Positions 45,867 to 56,488 of a DNA stretch of 64,000 bases are shown piece by piece; the first letter of the stretch is position 1; each line of letters starts with the position of its first letter. The notes under the pieces are model-generated. The model saw only the letters and a program-made list of their open reading frames with translations, searched no databases and had not been told where the DNA came from. The translations under genes and the position numbers were made by a program. Source of the DNA: Alphaproteobacteria bacterium. Lineage in GTDB: Bacteria; Pseudomonadota; Alphaproteobacteria; Rs-D84. The DNA is taken from positions 132,931-196,930 of the forward strand of contig SUUM01000001.1 of the NCBI GenBank assembly GCA_015062525.1, given 5' to 3'.

Positions 45867-46885
45867 ACATGACACCAGAAGATATGAAAATAGATATTGT
45901 GTACCTGTGGGTGGATGATTCCGACAAAAAATGGCGCGCCCAAAAGGATAAATGGCTTGAAATCGTCAAGGGCGAAAAACCCGTCTATACCGATGCCGCG
46001 ATTGAGGCACGTTGGCGCGACAATGGCGAATTTCTGTATTCCTTGCGCAGCGTTGATAAATATGCCCCCTGGGTCAATCACATCTATATCATAACTGGGT
46101 TTAACCAAGTGCCACGTTGGCTAAACACCAAACATCCTAAAATCACAATTGTTCCACATGAACAAATAATGCCACACGACGCCCTGCCAACATTTAACGC
46201 AACCGCGATTGAAATGTGTATTCCGAATATTCCAGGATTATCTGAACACTTTCTATTGATGAACGACGATATGTTTTTCAATCGCGCTCTGTCGCCACGT
46301 TATTTTTATGATACACATGGTCGCGCCCGTGTATTGTTCAGCAATCACACCAAACGTACCAAAAACATTGGCGAATGGATGAAACGCGTTGACGAATACA
46401 CCCAAACATTAATTTTATCTGCCAAATTTATTGAAAAAATATTTGGCAAATCAGTCTATAAATATCGCCCATCACACGGTATTGACCCATATTTGAAATC
46501 CAGTTGGATTGAATGTCGCAACCATCCACTTATTACCGGATTCATAGACTTGCAAATCCGTAATAAATTCCGCACCAATAACGAGGTTCAACGTTGGCTG
46601 TTTAATTTATATGATTTAATCAATGACCGGGCGGTATTTATCCATTCCCGCGCACGCAAACACACACGTCACAAGTTCATAAATCTGATATATAATACAA
46701 TATTTGCCCCATGGATAAAAAATTCACCGGTTGTATGCACGGACACATCGCGCGCCCGTTCTGCCCTGATGCGTTCGCCAATATTTTGCATAAACGATTC
46801 GCGTGATACGGACGAAACAATCCTGCGCGACAATGCAAAATTCATGGCCGAACGCTTTCCCGAAAAATCACAATTTGAAAAATAA
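45863..46885 (+). CDS. Stealth-family capsule polysaccharide phosphotransferase
   Basis: It has Stealth CR1 (DIVYLWVDDSD), CR2 (LYSLRSVDKYAPWVNHIYIITGFNQVPRWL) and CR3 (LLMNDDMFF). An ATGA overlap joins it to the upstream gene. Confidence 0.7.
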   Translation: MNMTPEDMKIDIVYLWVDDSDKKWRAQKDKWLEIVKGEKPVYTDAAIEARWRDNGEFLYSLRSVDKYAPWVNHIYIITGFNQVPRWLNTKHPKITIVPHEQIMPHDALPTFNATAIEMCIPNIPGLSEHFLLMNDDMFFNRALSPRYFYDTHGRARVLFSNHTKRTKNIGEWMKRVDEYTQTLILSAKFIEKIFGKSVYKYRPSHGIDPYLKSSWIECRNHPLITGFIDLQIRNKFRTNNEVQRWLFNLYDLINDRAVFIHSRARKHTRHKFINLIYNTIFAPWIKNSPVVCTDTSRARSALMRSPIFCINDSRDTDETILRDNAKFMAERFPEKSQFEK

Positions 46886-46887
46886 TC

Positions 46888-46913
46888 AGACCGCCAAACG
46901 GCGGTCTTTTTTT
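46888..46913. terminator. Bidirectional terminator
   Basis: AGACCGCC-AAAC-GGCGGTCT is followed by T7. It lies between convergent genes. Confidence 0.65.
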
Positions 46914-47940
46914 ATTCTGCACTGCACGTTTTAATAAAATCACAAATCTGTGCACGCAGTTTTTTCGCCCATTTGAACGGCGGTCGATCCAACGCACCAA
47001 TTCGTTCCAGTTCACGGAAACATTCCTGGGCCGCCACTTTTTCATCATCACTTTGAATATATTTTATTTTTCGGAACGCCCAGTTAATAAAATACCACTG
47101 AAAATTTTCCGACCATTTTTTCATCTGATACGGTGTTGCAGATTCTTGATATTTCAAGAACGCTGTTTTAATCCCCGTGCACAAACTTTGCATAATTCGC
47201 AACTGTTTTGCCGATAAAACAATTCCACCAAAATTCGGGATATAGAAATACAATGGCAGCGGCGCAATTGTTGTACGCGGATTGCGCAACATAACCTGGC
47301 TCCACCAAGGGAAATCTTCGAACAAAATCCCCTTGATAAACGGAATATCTGCAATCAGTTCACGTTTATACAAATTTTTCCACACCTGACAATGCTTAAT
47401 CAGCCATTTTTTCTTTTTCCCCGGTGCATTATGCGTACGTTCAGTCGCATATTCATATATATCATCGGTTATCAGCGTTGGAATTCGCGCCACATTGTAC
47501 TTTTTATGCATACGACGCGGCACAACATTATCGGTATCCATCCCCAAAACATGTCGCACCATCAGTTGTGGCCGATAAATCCTGTCATATGTGAACGACA
47601 CAATATCAGATCCATCGCGCACCGCCAACGTGTGTGCAATTTCCATTGTTTGCGGGTGAATAAAATCATCACTGTCCAGGTACAGAATATAATCGCCACT
47701 TGCAACCGCCATCCCCGCATTTCGCGCATCAGACAGCCCCCCATTTTCTTTATTTACAATTTTGAATCGCGCATCCATTGCCGCATATTCTGCCAAAATT
47801 GCTACACTATTATCTGGACTGCCATCATTTACACAAATCGCTTCCCAGTCTGTAAAAGTTTGATTTTTCACACTATCCAAACATCTGCGTAAATACTTTT
47901 CAACATTGTAAATCGGAATAATAACTGAAATTGCCGGCAT
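46912..47940 (-). CDS. Family 2 glycosyltransferase
   Basis: It has ISVIIPIYNVEKYLRRCLDS...NDGSPD...DSDD. Confidence 0.85.
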   Translation of the reverse strand: MPAISVIIPIYNVEKYLRRCLDSVKNQTFTDWEAICVNDGSPDNSVAILAEYAAMDARFKIVNKENGGLSDARNAGMAVASGDYILYLDSDDFIHPQTMEIAHTLAVRDGSDIVSFTYDRIYRPQLMVRHVLGMDTDNVVPRRMHKKYNVARIPTLITDDIYEYATERTHNAPGKKKKWLIKHCQVWKNLYKRELIADIPFIKGILFEDFPWWSQVMLRNPRTTIAPLPLYFYIPNFGGIVLSAKQLRIMQSLCTGIKTAFLKYQESATPYQMKKWSENFQWYFINWAFRKIKYIQSDDEKVAAQECFRELERIGALDRPPFKWAKKLRAQICDFIKTCSAE

Positions 47941-47960
47941 TACGCCCCCCTTGTGTTTAA

Positions 47961-48857
47961 TTATTTATTCATATCACAAATCGCCTGCGAAAAGGTCCCC
48001 GGTCGTGGTGCATCCGCATAGGCTGTTTTTTGAAAGAACGCCCCCGCGGTCAATTCATCAAACAATTTTTGATCAAATGGCTGAAATTTATATTCATGCC
48101 ACAGCGTATGCGTTGGATATTGGTCAACATGTGGCATTTCGGCAAAGTACTTTTTCGCCCGTTCATCATTCTGCACCAACGTCTGGAACAACATCTGATG
48201 CATAAAATAATCAAAAGATTTATTTTCATGTATCCAGTAATCCAAAATCATCGCCCGCCATGCCCCCAACAGGTATGATCCGCGACGTCCACGTATAAAG
48301 CAATTCTGACAGAACATATACTTTTGCCCTACTTTATCACCAACCAAATACATAAAGAAATCTGTATCAACAATCCACTTTGGTATTTTACCAACCACAA
48401 AATCCGTTGAATCCAACCAGAATCCACCATATTGATACAACAATTCCACCCGACAAATATCTGCAAAATGCGCACGTCTGATTTTACCTGCCTTATACTT
48501 GTCCACAATTACTTGTGGCAAAGTAATATAATCGAAAATATTACTATCATCCAACACCACCAATTCTTGCTTGCAATGTTTTCTGATACTGCGGAAACAA
48601 GACTTTACTAATTCTGGTGCGTTTTCTTCGCCCTGTTGCCAAATTGTAAAAATCTTTTCATTCTTATCATCTTTGATAACGGGACCATCCACCACATTTT
48701 TTACCGCCGGCAAATATCTTTTAAAATATTCAGGCGCAACCCGCGACAACACATTTGTCCGCACATCACGACGATGGTCGCGCGAACGCCACGGCCAATT
48801 AAATACATGCGATTGGAAAAAGATTCTTGTCAGTGCCCAGGCTCTATCTATATTCAT
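47961..48857 (-). CDS. Capsular polysaccharide synthesis protein (Caps_synth-type glycosyltransferase)
   Basis: It has IFTIWQQGEENAPELVKSC...RAHFADICRVELLYQYGGFWLDS. Confidence 0.55.
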   Translation of the reverse strand: MNIDRAWALTRIFFQSHVFNWPWRSRDHRRDVRTNVLSRVAPEYFKRYLPAVKNVVDGPVIKDDKNEKIFTIWQQGEENAPELVKSCFRSIRKHCKQELVVLDDSNIFDYITLPQVIVDKYKAGKIRRAHFADICRVELLYQYGGFWLDSTDFVVGKIPKWIVDTDFFMYLVGDKVGQKYMFCQNCFIRGRRGSYLLGAWRAMILDYWIHENKSFDYFMHQMLFQTLVQNDERAKKYFAEMPHVDQYPTHTLWHEYKFQPFDQKLFDELTAGAFFQKTAYADAPRPGTFSQAICDMNK

Positions 48858-48919
48858 ATTTCACCCCTTTAGTTTTATTATTTACAAATTACCCCAGCCA
48901 CAAAGACCGGGGATTTAAT

Positions 48920-50002
48920 TTACTCTTCAACTTCGCCCATTGAATCATCCGTATCATCAATTGGTCCCGTTGTCATTTCTTCGGCGATACCAGATGCGCG
49001 CGCCATAATTTTATCCAGCAATTCTTTCTGCACATCTTCATGGTCTTTCAACCATTGACGTGCGTTTGCCTCGCCCTGGCCCATACGTTCACTGTTGTAC
49101 GAATAGAAACTGCCCGCCTTTTCAATCAAATCATATTTCACACCCATATCCAAGATTTCACTGATTCGACTAATGCCTTCGCCATACATAATTTTGAAAT
49201 CAACTGTACGGAAAGGTGGCGCGACTTTATTTTTCACAACCTTGACGCGCGTTTCATTACCAACAATATTTTCTTTGTCTTTGATTTGCCCTGTACGGCG
49301 GATATCCAGGCGTACAGACGCATAGAACTTCAGCGCATTCCCCCCAGATGTCGTTTCCGGATTACCAAACATAACCCCAATCTTCATACGAATCTGATTA
49401 ATAAAGATAAGCAACGTATTACTGCGCGAAACCGACCCCGCCAGTTTTTTCAAACTCTGACTCATCAATCTGGCGGTTGTACCAACAAAAGAATCACCAA
49501 TATTGCCTTCTAATTCCGCCTTGGGCACCAATGCTGCGACCGAATCGATAACCACAACATCAACCGCGCCCGATTTAATCAGCGTATCTGCAATTTCCAA
49601 CGCCTGTTCACCGGAATCAGGCTGTGAAATAATCAGATTTGCAACATCAACCCCCAATTTTTTTGCATAACTTGGGTCCAACGCATTTTCTGCATCAATA
49701 TACGCACATGTCCCACCTTTTTTCTGGGATTCTGCCACCGCATGCAGTGCCAACGTTGTTTTACCTGAACTTTCCGGCCCATAGATTTCAACGATACGTC
49801 CCTTGGGATAACCACCGATTCCCAATGCAATATCCAGCCCCAACGACCCCGAAGAAATTGCCTCGATATTCTGTTGCGAGCCATCGCCCATCTTCATAAT
49901 GGCTTCTTTACCAAACTGTTTTTGAATTTGTGCCAACGCAGATTCCAACGCTGGATTTTTTGCGAACAACCCGCTATCTTTTGTGGCTTCTTTTTTTGCC
50001 AT
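48920..50002 (-). CDS. recA: Recombinase RecA
   Basis: It has the Walker A motif GPESSGKTT and is RecA-like over the full length. Confidence 0.97.
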   Translation of the reverse strand: MAKKEATKDSGLFAKNPALESALAQIQKQFGKEAIMKMGDGSQQNIEAISSGSLGLDIALGIGGYPKGRIVEIYGPESSGKTTLALHAVAESQKKGGTCAYIDAENALDPSYAKKLGVDVANLIISQPDSGEQALEIADTLIKSGAVDVVVIDSVAALVPKAELEGNIGDSFVGTTARLMSQSLKKLAGSVSRSNTLLIFINQIRMKIGVMFGNPETTSGGNALKFYASVRLDIRRTGQIKDKENIVGNETRVKVVKNKVAPPFRTVDFKIMYGEGISRISEILDMGVKYDLIEKAGSFYSYNSERMGQGEANARQWLKDHEDVQKELLDKIMARASGIAEEMTTGPIDDTDDSMGEVEE

Positions 50003-50065
50003 AATTTTCCCCTTTATTTCTTAGGAAAATCATACAAACAAACCCCATAAAAATCAATAAATTTC

Positions 50066-51262
50066 TTACTTTTTCTTTTCAACCAACACCAACAAACTGA
50101 ACGCCCCGATAAACACCGTCACCACCCAAACAGCCGCCGTCATCCCAAACAGCGAAATAACCGCCGCCGCCAGCATTGGTGCAATCACATTGGGCAAATT
50201 AACACTGGTCCGAAACACACCATAATATTTTGATTGTTGCGATTTTGTTGTCCCATCAAAGAATAATAAATCATGCACAGATTCCATCAATGCCCCCGAC
50301 ACCTGCCATGCAACAAATATCGCCAACAACGGGATTCCAGTCGCAAACATCGCCGCCGCAGACAGCGCCGCAAACGACCCAAACCCCAGAACCATCCAAA
50401 TCGTCTTACCAAAGCGACGCACAGCGCGCCCCATAAATTCACTTAGAACCAAATACGGCACAATCCCCAACGTTAACACCCAGCCCAACACATCTTTATC
50501 AAAACCAGCCTCTATCACCAAAATCGGCACATACAGAACGCGCATCGCCCGCAAAGAATAATAACCAAAGTTCACCAGATACGCCCGCATCATCCCCTGC
50601 AACTTGAAAAATTCGACCGTATTTTTCCACAATGCTCGCACAGTTTTCCGCGGATTTACTGCGTGCAGACTTTTATCTTCTTGAACAATTCTGAAATATT
50701 TGAATACCGACCATGCAATTAAATAAATCACCGCCGACCCAAAGAACGCCGCCCTGTTTCCAAAATGATTTGCAATCAATACCGCAACCGTCGGCGCAAA
50801 CAAAGCCCCCACATTCAGCCATAAATGATACCGCGAATTCAAACGCGCCATACCGATATTCTTGGAAAAATCAGACATAAACAGCGGTATTAACATGGAA
50901 CTAAGTGTAATCGCGATTCCGGTTGTATAATCCAATATAACAAACGTACGCGGCAGTATTGAAAAACTCATCATCGCATAGCATACCGCCATCATCAGCA
51001 ACGAAAAATAGAATATACGCGCCTTGGAAAACATGCGCAAAATTTCATTTGCGAATAACCCCACAATAAAACAAAACACAGAATAAATCGCGACATAAAC
51101 ACCGACAATCGCGGACGATTTGAAAATTTCCAGAATAACCAACGAATAAACAGCATTATAAACACCGTCTGCGAACCCCGTGAACAACCCCAGGTTTGCA
51201 AACGAAAACCCATTTACCCTTTCTCCAACAGAAATATATCTATCCCCCGCCATATCTGACAC
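50066..51262 (-). CDS. MFS transporter
   Basis: It has about 12 TM helices and is 398 aa. Confidence 0.6.
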   Translation of the reverse strand: MSDMAGDRYISVGERVNGFSFANLGLFTGFADGVYNAVYSLVILEIFKSSAIVGVYVAIYSVFCFIVGLFANEILRMFSKARIFYFSLLMMAVCYAMMSFSILPRTFVILDYTTGIAITLSSMLIPLFMSDFSKNIGMARLNSRYHLWLNVGALFAPTVAVLIANHFGNRAAFFGSAVIYLIAWSVFKYFRIVQEDKSLHAVNPRKTVRALWKNTVEFFKLQGMMRAYLVNFGYYSLRAMRVLYVPILVIEAGFDKDVLGWVLTLGIVPYLVLSEFMGRAVRRFGKTIWMVLGFGSFAALSAAAMFATGIPLLAIFVAWQVSGALMESVHDLLFFDGTTKSQQSKYYGVFRTSVNLPNVIAPMLAAAVISLFGMTAAVWVVTVFIGAFSLLVLVEKKK

Positions 51263-51271
51263 ATTATATCA

Positions 51272-51297
51272 TAAAAATCCCCCAGATGGGGGATTTT
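51272..51297 (-). terminator. Terminator after the PAP2 gene
   Basis: The hairpin AAATCCCCC-AGAT-GGGGGATTT has a T-run on the minus strand. Confidence 0.6.
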
Positions 51298-51982
51298 ATT
51301 TTTTAAGTAGCTTCCATTTCACAATATCAGCAATCACCATACCAATAAATGCCCCCAAAATAACATCACTGGGCCAATGCGCACCAACTGCAATTCGCGA
51401 CACACCAATCACAATCGCCAATGTCCACGTCAACACCTTGTATTTCGGTGCCAACATCCCAACCATAACCAAACCTGCAAAACTGACCGCTGTATGTCCA
51501 GACGGCATAGAATTAAATGCCCAATCAAGTGATGGCGGAAAAAATCCTGTCATATCCAGCGCCTCGAAAAATATTGGTCGCGCACGTCCAATAAATATCT
51601 TTAAAACCCGGACCACAATCCCCGCACCCAAAACGCTACAAAATATTAAAAAAGCATTATTATTCTTTATATTTACTAAAAAATTATGCAAAAATGCCGA
51701 AAACTTCAACCGATTTGCACATTTTATAAAACTACAATCTGTTTTTACACATTTTTTAATACAAAAAACCAGCACAGCAACAAATGAACCAAAAATCCAA
51801 ACCTTGCCATCAAAAATCACATCCAAATATTTCCAGAATCCGCAATCAAATTCCCGCAAGAATAAAAACAGCGGTTTATCAAACCACATGATTCCGCACA
51901 TAACCAACACCGCAGTTATCAATGCCGCCCAACCCATCTTGCGCCATTTTATTTCATTATTTGCTGTTAAAAACATATCCAC
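51296..51982 (-). CDS. PAP2-family lipid phosphatase
   Basis: It has the motifs KxxxxxxRP (KIFIGRARP), PSGH and SRxxxxxHxxxD (SRIAVGAHWPSD). Confidence 0.85.
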   Translation of the reverse strand: MDMFLTANNEIKWRKMGWAALITAVLVMCGIMWFDKPLFLFLREFDCGFWKYLDVIFDGKVWIFGSFVAVLVFCIKKCVKTDCSFIKCANRLKFSAFLHNFLVNIKNNNAFLIFCSVLGAGIVVRVLKIFIGRARPIFFEALDMTGFFPPSLDWAFNSMPSGHTAVSFAGLVMVGMLAPKYKVLTWTLAIVIGVSRIAVGAHWPSDVILGAFIGMVIADIVKWKLLKK

Positions 51983-51999
51983 ACCCCCATGTGATAAAT

Positions 52000-53508
52000 T
52001 TATTCGGCAATCAATCGATTATAAACCTTTTTATCGGTTAAAATCTTAACCGAAACCGCTGTTGCGACGGCATCCTCGTCCGCCCCATTTGTGATTACCG
52101 GGCACCCACGACGAATATCGGCCGGATTTACATCAGGTTCCTGATTAAAATCACGCGCATTAAAGTCATTATTTATAACATTCAAGAAAAACGCATTCTG
52201 CTGTTGATTCGTTCTAATATTCGACAGACACACAATCGGGAAAATTCCCCGTCCGTCAATCATACGTCCCTGCCCCGTTTTTATTGATTTATTCAACAAT
52301 TCCAATGCCCCACCATTACTCAGATCTATTCGCGACGCGATTCGTGCCGCACCCGCCGTTGGCGTCCCAATCAACACACCACGCGCATTTTCATAAAATG
52401 CGGCAACCAATGCCTCGGCTGTGCCACGGGTTTGGTCAGACATCAAAACGACAACCGGCACATCCGTTATTGCATCCCCACCGGGCACAACCTCGACCTC
52501 GTCCGATGCGGTCTCTACAATACGCATAACTGGTTTTTTACCAATAAACAATCCCCCCAGTTTCGCCGCGGCCCTTTCATCATCACCACCCGCCACACGC
52601 AAATCCAGTACAATCCCCGACACATCTGGGTATCGCGCCAAAGCCTCGTTCACAATTGCAACCGCACCATCGGACACATTATGCACAATTATTTCCAGCA
52701 ATCCGCCCGTATCTGGGTCAGGCCTGTGCACAACATCCGCATCTGCCAAAACAATTGTCGCACGACGCAACACAACATCTCGATTTCCGTATGGTGTCAA
52801 CAAATGAATCTTAGACGTCCCCGAATTAAACCCAGTCATCACCGCCGCCAATTCATCATCGGTCATATCCGCAACAAAACGACCATTAATCTGTTCAATT
52901 AAATCCCCCGCACGAATCCCCGCCAAATCGGCCGGCGCCCCCTTGTACACACCATTAACACGAAAATTTCCACGTGCATCGCGTGCACCTTCTACACCAA
53001 CACTGGTTAACAACCGCCCATCTTCGGCAATTTCTGCGGCTTTGGAAAAAACATACCTGCCATTTTCATCGACCCCACGCACCAAACTGTCCACAACCGC
53101 CTGATACATTTCGCTTTCCGACAAGCCACGCAAATTTGGATCATACGCACGCATTTTTAATATCAACGCGGTCGTAATTTCCCCAAATCCGTCCCAGTCA
53201 TGCGCCGCCGGACGCGGGAAATTCGCCACAATATCATCCCCCCACACCAGAACAACCCGCTCATCAGTCGCCGCCACATGCGCAGATTCATTCAAATTTT
53301 CCAGACTTTCAATCGCAATATTCAGATTTTTTCCCGCCCAGTTCACATCATCTAATTTCTGATAAATTTCCGCAAATGTTTTTGACACTTCGAACACGGG
53401 CAAACCGTCCTGGATTGATTCATCTTCGAAAAACAAACCTTCAGCATACGCGCCATGCGCCATCCCCAGGATTATTGTCATAAAAACAAAAAACTTTTTT
53501 ATTCCCAT
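52000..53508 (-). CDS. ctpA: Carboxy-terminal processing peptidase (S41) with a PDZ domain
   Basis: It has a signal peptide, a PDZ domain (GAPADLAGIRAGDLIEQING) and an S41 core. I chose the ATG at 53508, which has GGGGGA upstream. Confidence 0.8.
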   Translation of the reverse strand: MGIKKFFVFMTIILGMAHGAYAEGLFFEDESIQDGLPVFEVSKTFAEIYQKLDDVNWAGKNLNIAIESLENLNESAHVAATDERVVLVWGDDIVANFPRPAAHDWDGFGEITTALILKMRAYDPNLRGLSESEMYQAVVDSLVRGVDENGRYVFSKAAEIAEDGRLLTSVGVEGARDARGNFRVNGVYKGAPADLAGIRAGDLIEQINGRFVADMTDDELAAVMTGFNSGTSKIHLLTPYGNRDVVLRRATIVLADADVVHRPDPDTGGLLEIIVHNVSDGAVAIVNEALARYPDVSGIVLDLRVAGGDDERAAAKLGGLFIGKKPVMRIVETASDEVEVVPGGDAITDVPVVVLMSDQTRGTAEALVAAFYENARGVLIGTPTAGAARIASRIDLSNGGALELLNKSIKTGQGRMIDGRGIFPIVCLSNIRTNQQQNAFFLNVINNDFNARDFNQEPDVNPADIRRGCPVITNGADEDAVATAVSVKILTDKKVYNRLIAE

Positions 53509-53540
53509 ATTCCGTCCCCCCATGACGCACGCGCCCCAGA

Positions 53541-54404
53541 TTATTTATCTGAATCACGCAAATTAAAGTGATACAGCATAATATTAGAAATATAAATACT
53601 GGTAAATGTACCCATAATCACACTAAATGCCATTGCATATGCAAATTCACGCAACATCTGCCCACCAAATATCGCCAAACCAATCATTGCCAACAATGTT
53701 GAAACACTGGTCAACATGGTACGACGCAACATTTCATTAACCGACAAATCAATCAAATCACCCATCGGCATTTTATGATATTTTTTTACATTTTCATCAA
53801 TTCGGTCATAGTTCACAATCTTGTCATTAATTGAATAACCAATACCGGTCAAAATAACCGCAATTGCCGTCTGATTGAATTCCAGTCCCGTAACAGAAAA
53901 GAATCCAAACATCAATACAAAGTCCAAGAACAAGGATACAAACGCCCCCACGGCATACCCCCCCTTGTACCGAATCCAGACATAAATCGCCATCATGACA
54001 AAGGCAAACAGAATCGCCAATATACCGCCACGAACCAATTCCCCACCAATTTTCGGTCCAACAACCTGAATTTGTTCATACGCGACATTATCACCCAAGA
54101 TATTTTTAATCTGGGCCACGCGCGCATTTTGCGCCGCATCTGTCGCCCCACGTGGCAACCCCAAACGAATCAGAATCGCATCACCATCCACCGTTTGCAA
54201 TTCTGGTTTAAATTCTGCCAGGGATTCACGCATTTGTTCAATACCATAATTCTGAACAATGGGTTTAACCTCCATCGCAATACCGCCTGAAAAGTCAATA
54301 CCATAATTCAACCCACGAAATATCAGCGACAACACCGACAGCAAAATCAATGCCCCCGACACGATGTACGATAACTTGCGAAACTTCATAACCTGCAATT
54401 TCAT
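53541..54404 (-). CDS. secF: Protein translocase subunit SecF
   Basis: It has SecF topology and motifs. I preferred the ATG at 54404, with AAGGGG 8 nt upstream, over the TTG at 54422. Confidence 0.9.
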   Translation of the reverse strand: MKLQVMKFRKLSYIVSGALILLSVLSLIFRGLNYGIDFSGGIAMEVKPIVQNYGIEQMRESLAEFKPELQTVDGDAILIRLGLPRGATDAAQNARVAQIKNILGDNVAYEQIQVVGPKIGGELVRGGILAILFAFVMMAIYVWIRYKGGYAVGAFVSLFLDFVLMFGFFSVTGLEFNQTAIAVILTGIGYSINDKIVNYDRIDENVKKYHKMPMGDLIDLSVNEMLRRTMLTSVSTLLAMIGLAIFGGQMLREFAYAMAFSVIMGTFTSIYISNIMLYHFNLRDSDK

Positions 54405-54424
54405 AACACTACCCCTTTGCAATC

Positions 54425-55987
54425 TTATTTTTTACCACCAACAAAGCCAATTTTTTTGTTTTTGCCATTCATGTACCATTCAGCCAACACACGTGTTAAC
54501 CATACACACGTGAACAATGTTGTTAAAATACCAATCGACAATGTCACCGCAAAGCCACGAATTGGACCTGCACCGAATTGGAACAAAACCAACCCACAAA
54601 TCAGCGTTGTTAAATTCCCGTCCAAAACCGCCTTGGACGCACGTTCAAACCCCAGATTTACCGCACGCAACGGTGGCGTTCCGGCACGCATTTCATCGCG
54701 AATACGTTCAAACGGCAATACATTTGCGTCAACCGCCATACCCAACGTCAACACGATACCCGCAACCCCCGGCAACGTTAATGTCGCACCAAACAACGCG
54801 GTCAGCCCCACAATCATGCCCAAATTCACCATCAGTGAAATCATCGCAATCACACCGAACCCGCGATAGACCAGCAACAGGAATATAAAGATAAAGATAA
54901 CGCCCGCAATCGCACCAATTTTACCACCGGCAATAGTGTCCGCCCCCAATCCCGCACCAACGGTACGTTCTTCGATAACCTGTAATGGGGCCGGCAATGC
55001 GCCCGACCGCAACAGCACCGCCAGGTCTTTGGCACCCTGCAATGAAAAACCACCTGAAATCTGACCGCGCCCACCCGGAATTGGTTCACGAATAACCGGC
55101 GCAGACAAAACCTTGCCGTCCAGAACAATTGCAAAACGTTCATTAACATGTTCGGTTGTCAGTTTTGCGAAACGACGCGCACCCGACGCATCAAACACAG
55201 TTGACACAACCGGCATATTATGCTGATCGAAATCCGCCTGGGAATCTTTCAGCGATTCCCCCGAAACCTCGACCCGGCTGTACACCGGAATCACAGAATC
55301 CGGCGCATCAATATATGGCAAAAATTCAGTCCCCGCCGGCGCACGTCCCGACTGAATCTGTTCCATTGACACAGATTCATTTACTAAATGGAACGTCATC
55401 TTGGCGGTCTGCCCAATCAATTCCTTGATACGTTCCGGATTATCAACCCCTGGCAACTGAACCAAGATATATTTACCGCCCTGGCTTTGAATAGACGGTT
55501 CCTTGGTCCCCAGCGCATCAATACGACGACGCACAATTTCAATACTACGCGCCAGCGCATCCTGTTGCATTTCTTCTTTTTGTTTATCAGAATAAGACAG
55601 TATAATCGTTTTACCATCGGATGAAATATCAACAGTATTACCAAACGCGCTTTTCAAACGTCCCTTGGCATCACCAACCTCGTCCTCGTTGCGCACAACC
55701 AAGGACACAACACCATCATGATTACGCAGATTAGAAAAACGAATAACCCCCTTACTTCTATCAATCAGGGCACTACGCGTTTCTTCATACAACTGTTCCG
55801 CCTTTTCCTGGAACATTGTATTGGTGTCCACCTCTAACAACAATTGGGCACCACCCTTTAAATCCAACCCCAGCGGAATCGGTTCAATCCACTTTGGAAA
55901 ATAAGGCGCCAATTTCGGCGACATTGTTGGCACAGCCAACAACACACAAAAGACTGCAATAAAAACAATCGCCAACTTCTTAAACAT
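54425..55987 (-). CDS. secD: Protein translocase subunit SecD
   Basis: It is SecD-like over the full length (LGLDLKGG...). Confidence 0.93.
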   Translation of the reverse strand: MFKKLAIVFIAVFCVLLAVPTMSPKLAPYFPKWIEPIPLGLDLKGGAQLLLEVDTNTMFQEKAEQLYEETRSALIDRSKGVIRFSNLRNHDGVVSLVVRNEDEVGDAKGRLKSAFGNTVDISSDGKTIILSYSDKQKEEMQQDALARSIEIVRRRIDALGTKEPSIQSQGGKYILVQLPGVDNPERIKELIGQTAKMTFHLVNESVSMEQIQSGRAPAGTEFLPYIDAPDSVIPVYSRVEVSGESLKDSQADFDQHNMPVVSTVFDASGARRFAKLTTEHVNERFAIVLDGKVLSAPVIREPIPGGRGQISGGFSLQGAKDLAVLLRSGALPAPLQVIEERTVGAGLGADTIAGGKIGAIAGVIFIFIFLLLVYRGFGVIAMISLMVNLGMIVGLTALFGATLTLPGVAGIVLTLGMAVDANVLPFERIRDEMRAGTPPLRAVNLGFERASKAVLDGNLTTLICGLVLFQFGAGPIRGFAVTLSIGILTTLFTCVWLTRVLAEWYMNGKNKKIGFVGGKK

Positions 55988-56002
55988 AACACAACCCTTT
56001 AA

Positions 56003-56314
56003 CTATTCCACAGATGCAACGGCGTTCTTGGCCACTTCGATAACAACGCCCTTGGCAACTTCTACTTCTATTGTTTTTTCATTGATTTTTTTGATGGTCC
56101 CATAAATACCCGCCGCCATTACACGATTACCCACCTGTAATGAATCCAGCATTTTCTGATATTCTGCCATACGTTTTTTATTTGGGCGTACCATAAACAG
56201 ATAAATAATCCCAAACACCACAACGCAATACAACACCATTCCCCAGAAACCATTCTGTGGGGCAACCTGCGTGGTCTGCACAGCTGTATCAACAACATCG
56301 ATTGTCTGTTCCAT
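56003..56314 (-). CDS. yajC: Preprotein translocase subunit YajC
   Basis: It is 103 aa with a single TM helix, a YajC-like C-terminus and a position upstream of secDF. Confidence 0.85.
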   Translation of the reverse strand: MEQTIDVVDTAVQTTQVAPQNGFWGMVLYCVVVFGIIYLFMVRPNKKRMAEYQKMLDSLQVGNRVMAAGIYGTIKKINEKTIEVEVAKGVVIEVAKNAVASVE

Positions 56315-56430
56315 GTAATTTCTCCTTGTCTTTAATACATGGACAATAGTAAATCAGACCACAAAAGTAAAGGAAAAATAAAGAAAAAACCAATCCTGCG
56401 CAAAACAAATCCCAACCCTACAAATTATCA

Positions 56431-56465
56431 TTTGCTCTTTGCTCTTTGCGCATTGCTCTTTGATA
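56431..56465 (+). repeat. Heptanucleotide array (WTTGCNC x5), intergenic copy
   Basis: The units are TTTGCTC TTTGCTC TTTGCGC ATTGCTC TTTGATA. Confidence 0.7.
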
Positions 56466-56488
56466 AAATCCAAGTCATTGACGGGATT

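Noticed and set aside
44183-48857. Calling the polysaccharide locus a horizontally acquired genomic island.
   Set aside because: There are no flanking tRNA, integrase, direct repeats or mobility genes, and I cannot compute compositional deviation here. I report it only as an accessory-looking biosynthetic block.
50003-50065. A search for an alphaproteobacterial SOS box (GAAC-N7-GAAC / GTTC-N7-GTTC) upstream of recA.
   Set aside because: No match was seen by eye in the 63-nt upstream region, so I make no LexA-site claim.
51180-52049. A 289-aa plus-strand ORF.
   Set aside because: It is antisense to the PAP2 phosphatase gene and the MFS gene start. No motifs are present, and the opposite-strand calls have clear signatures.
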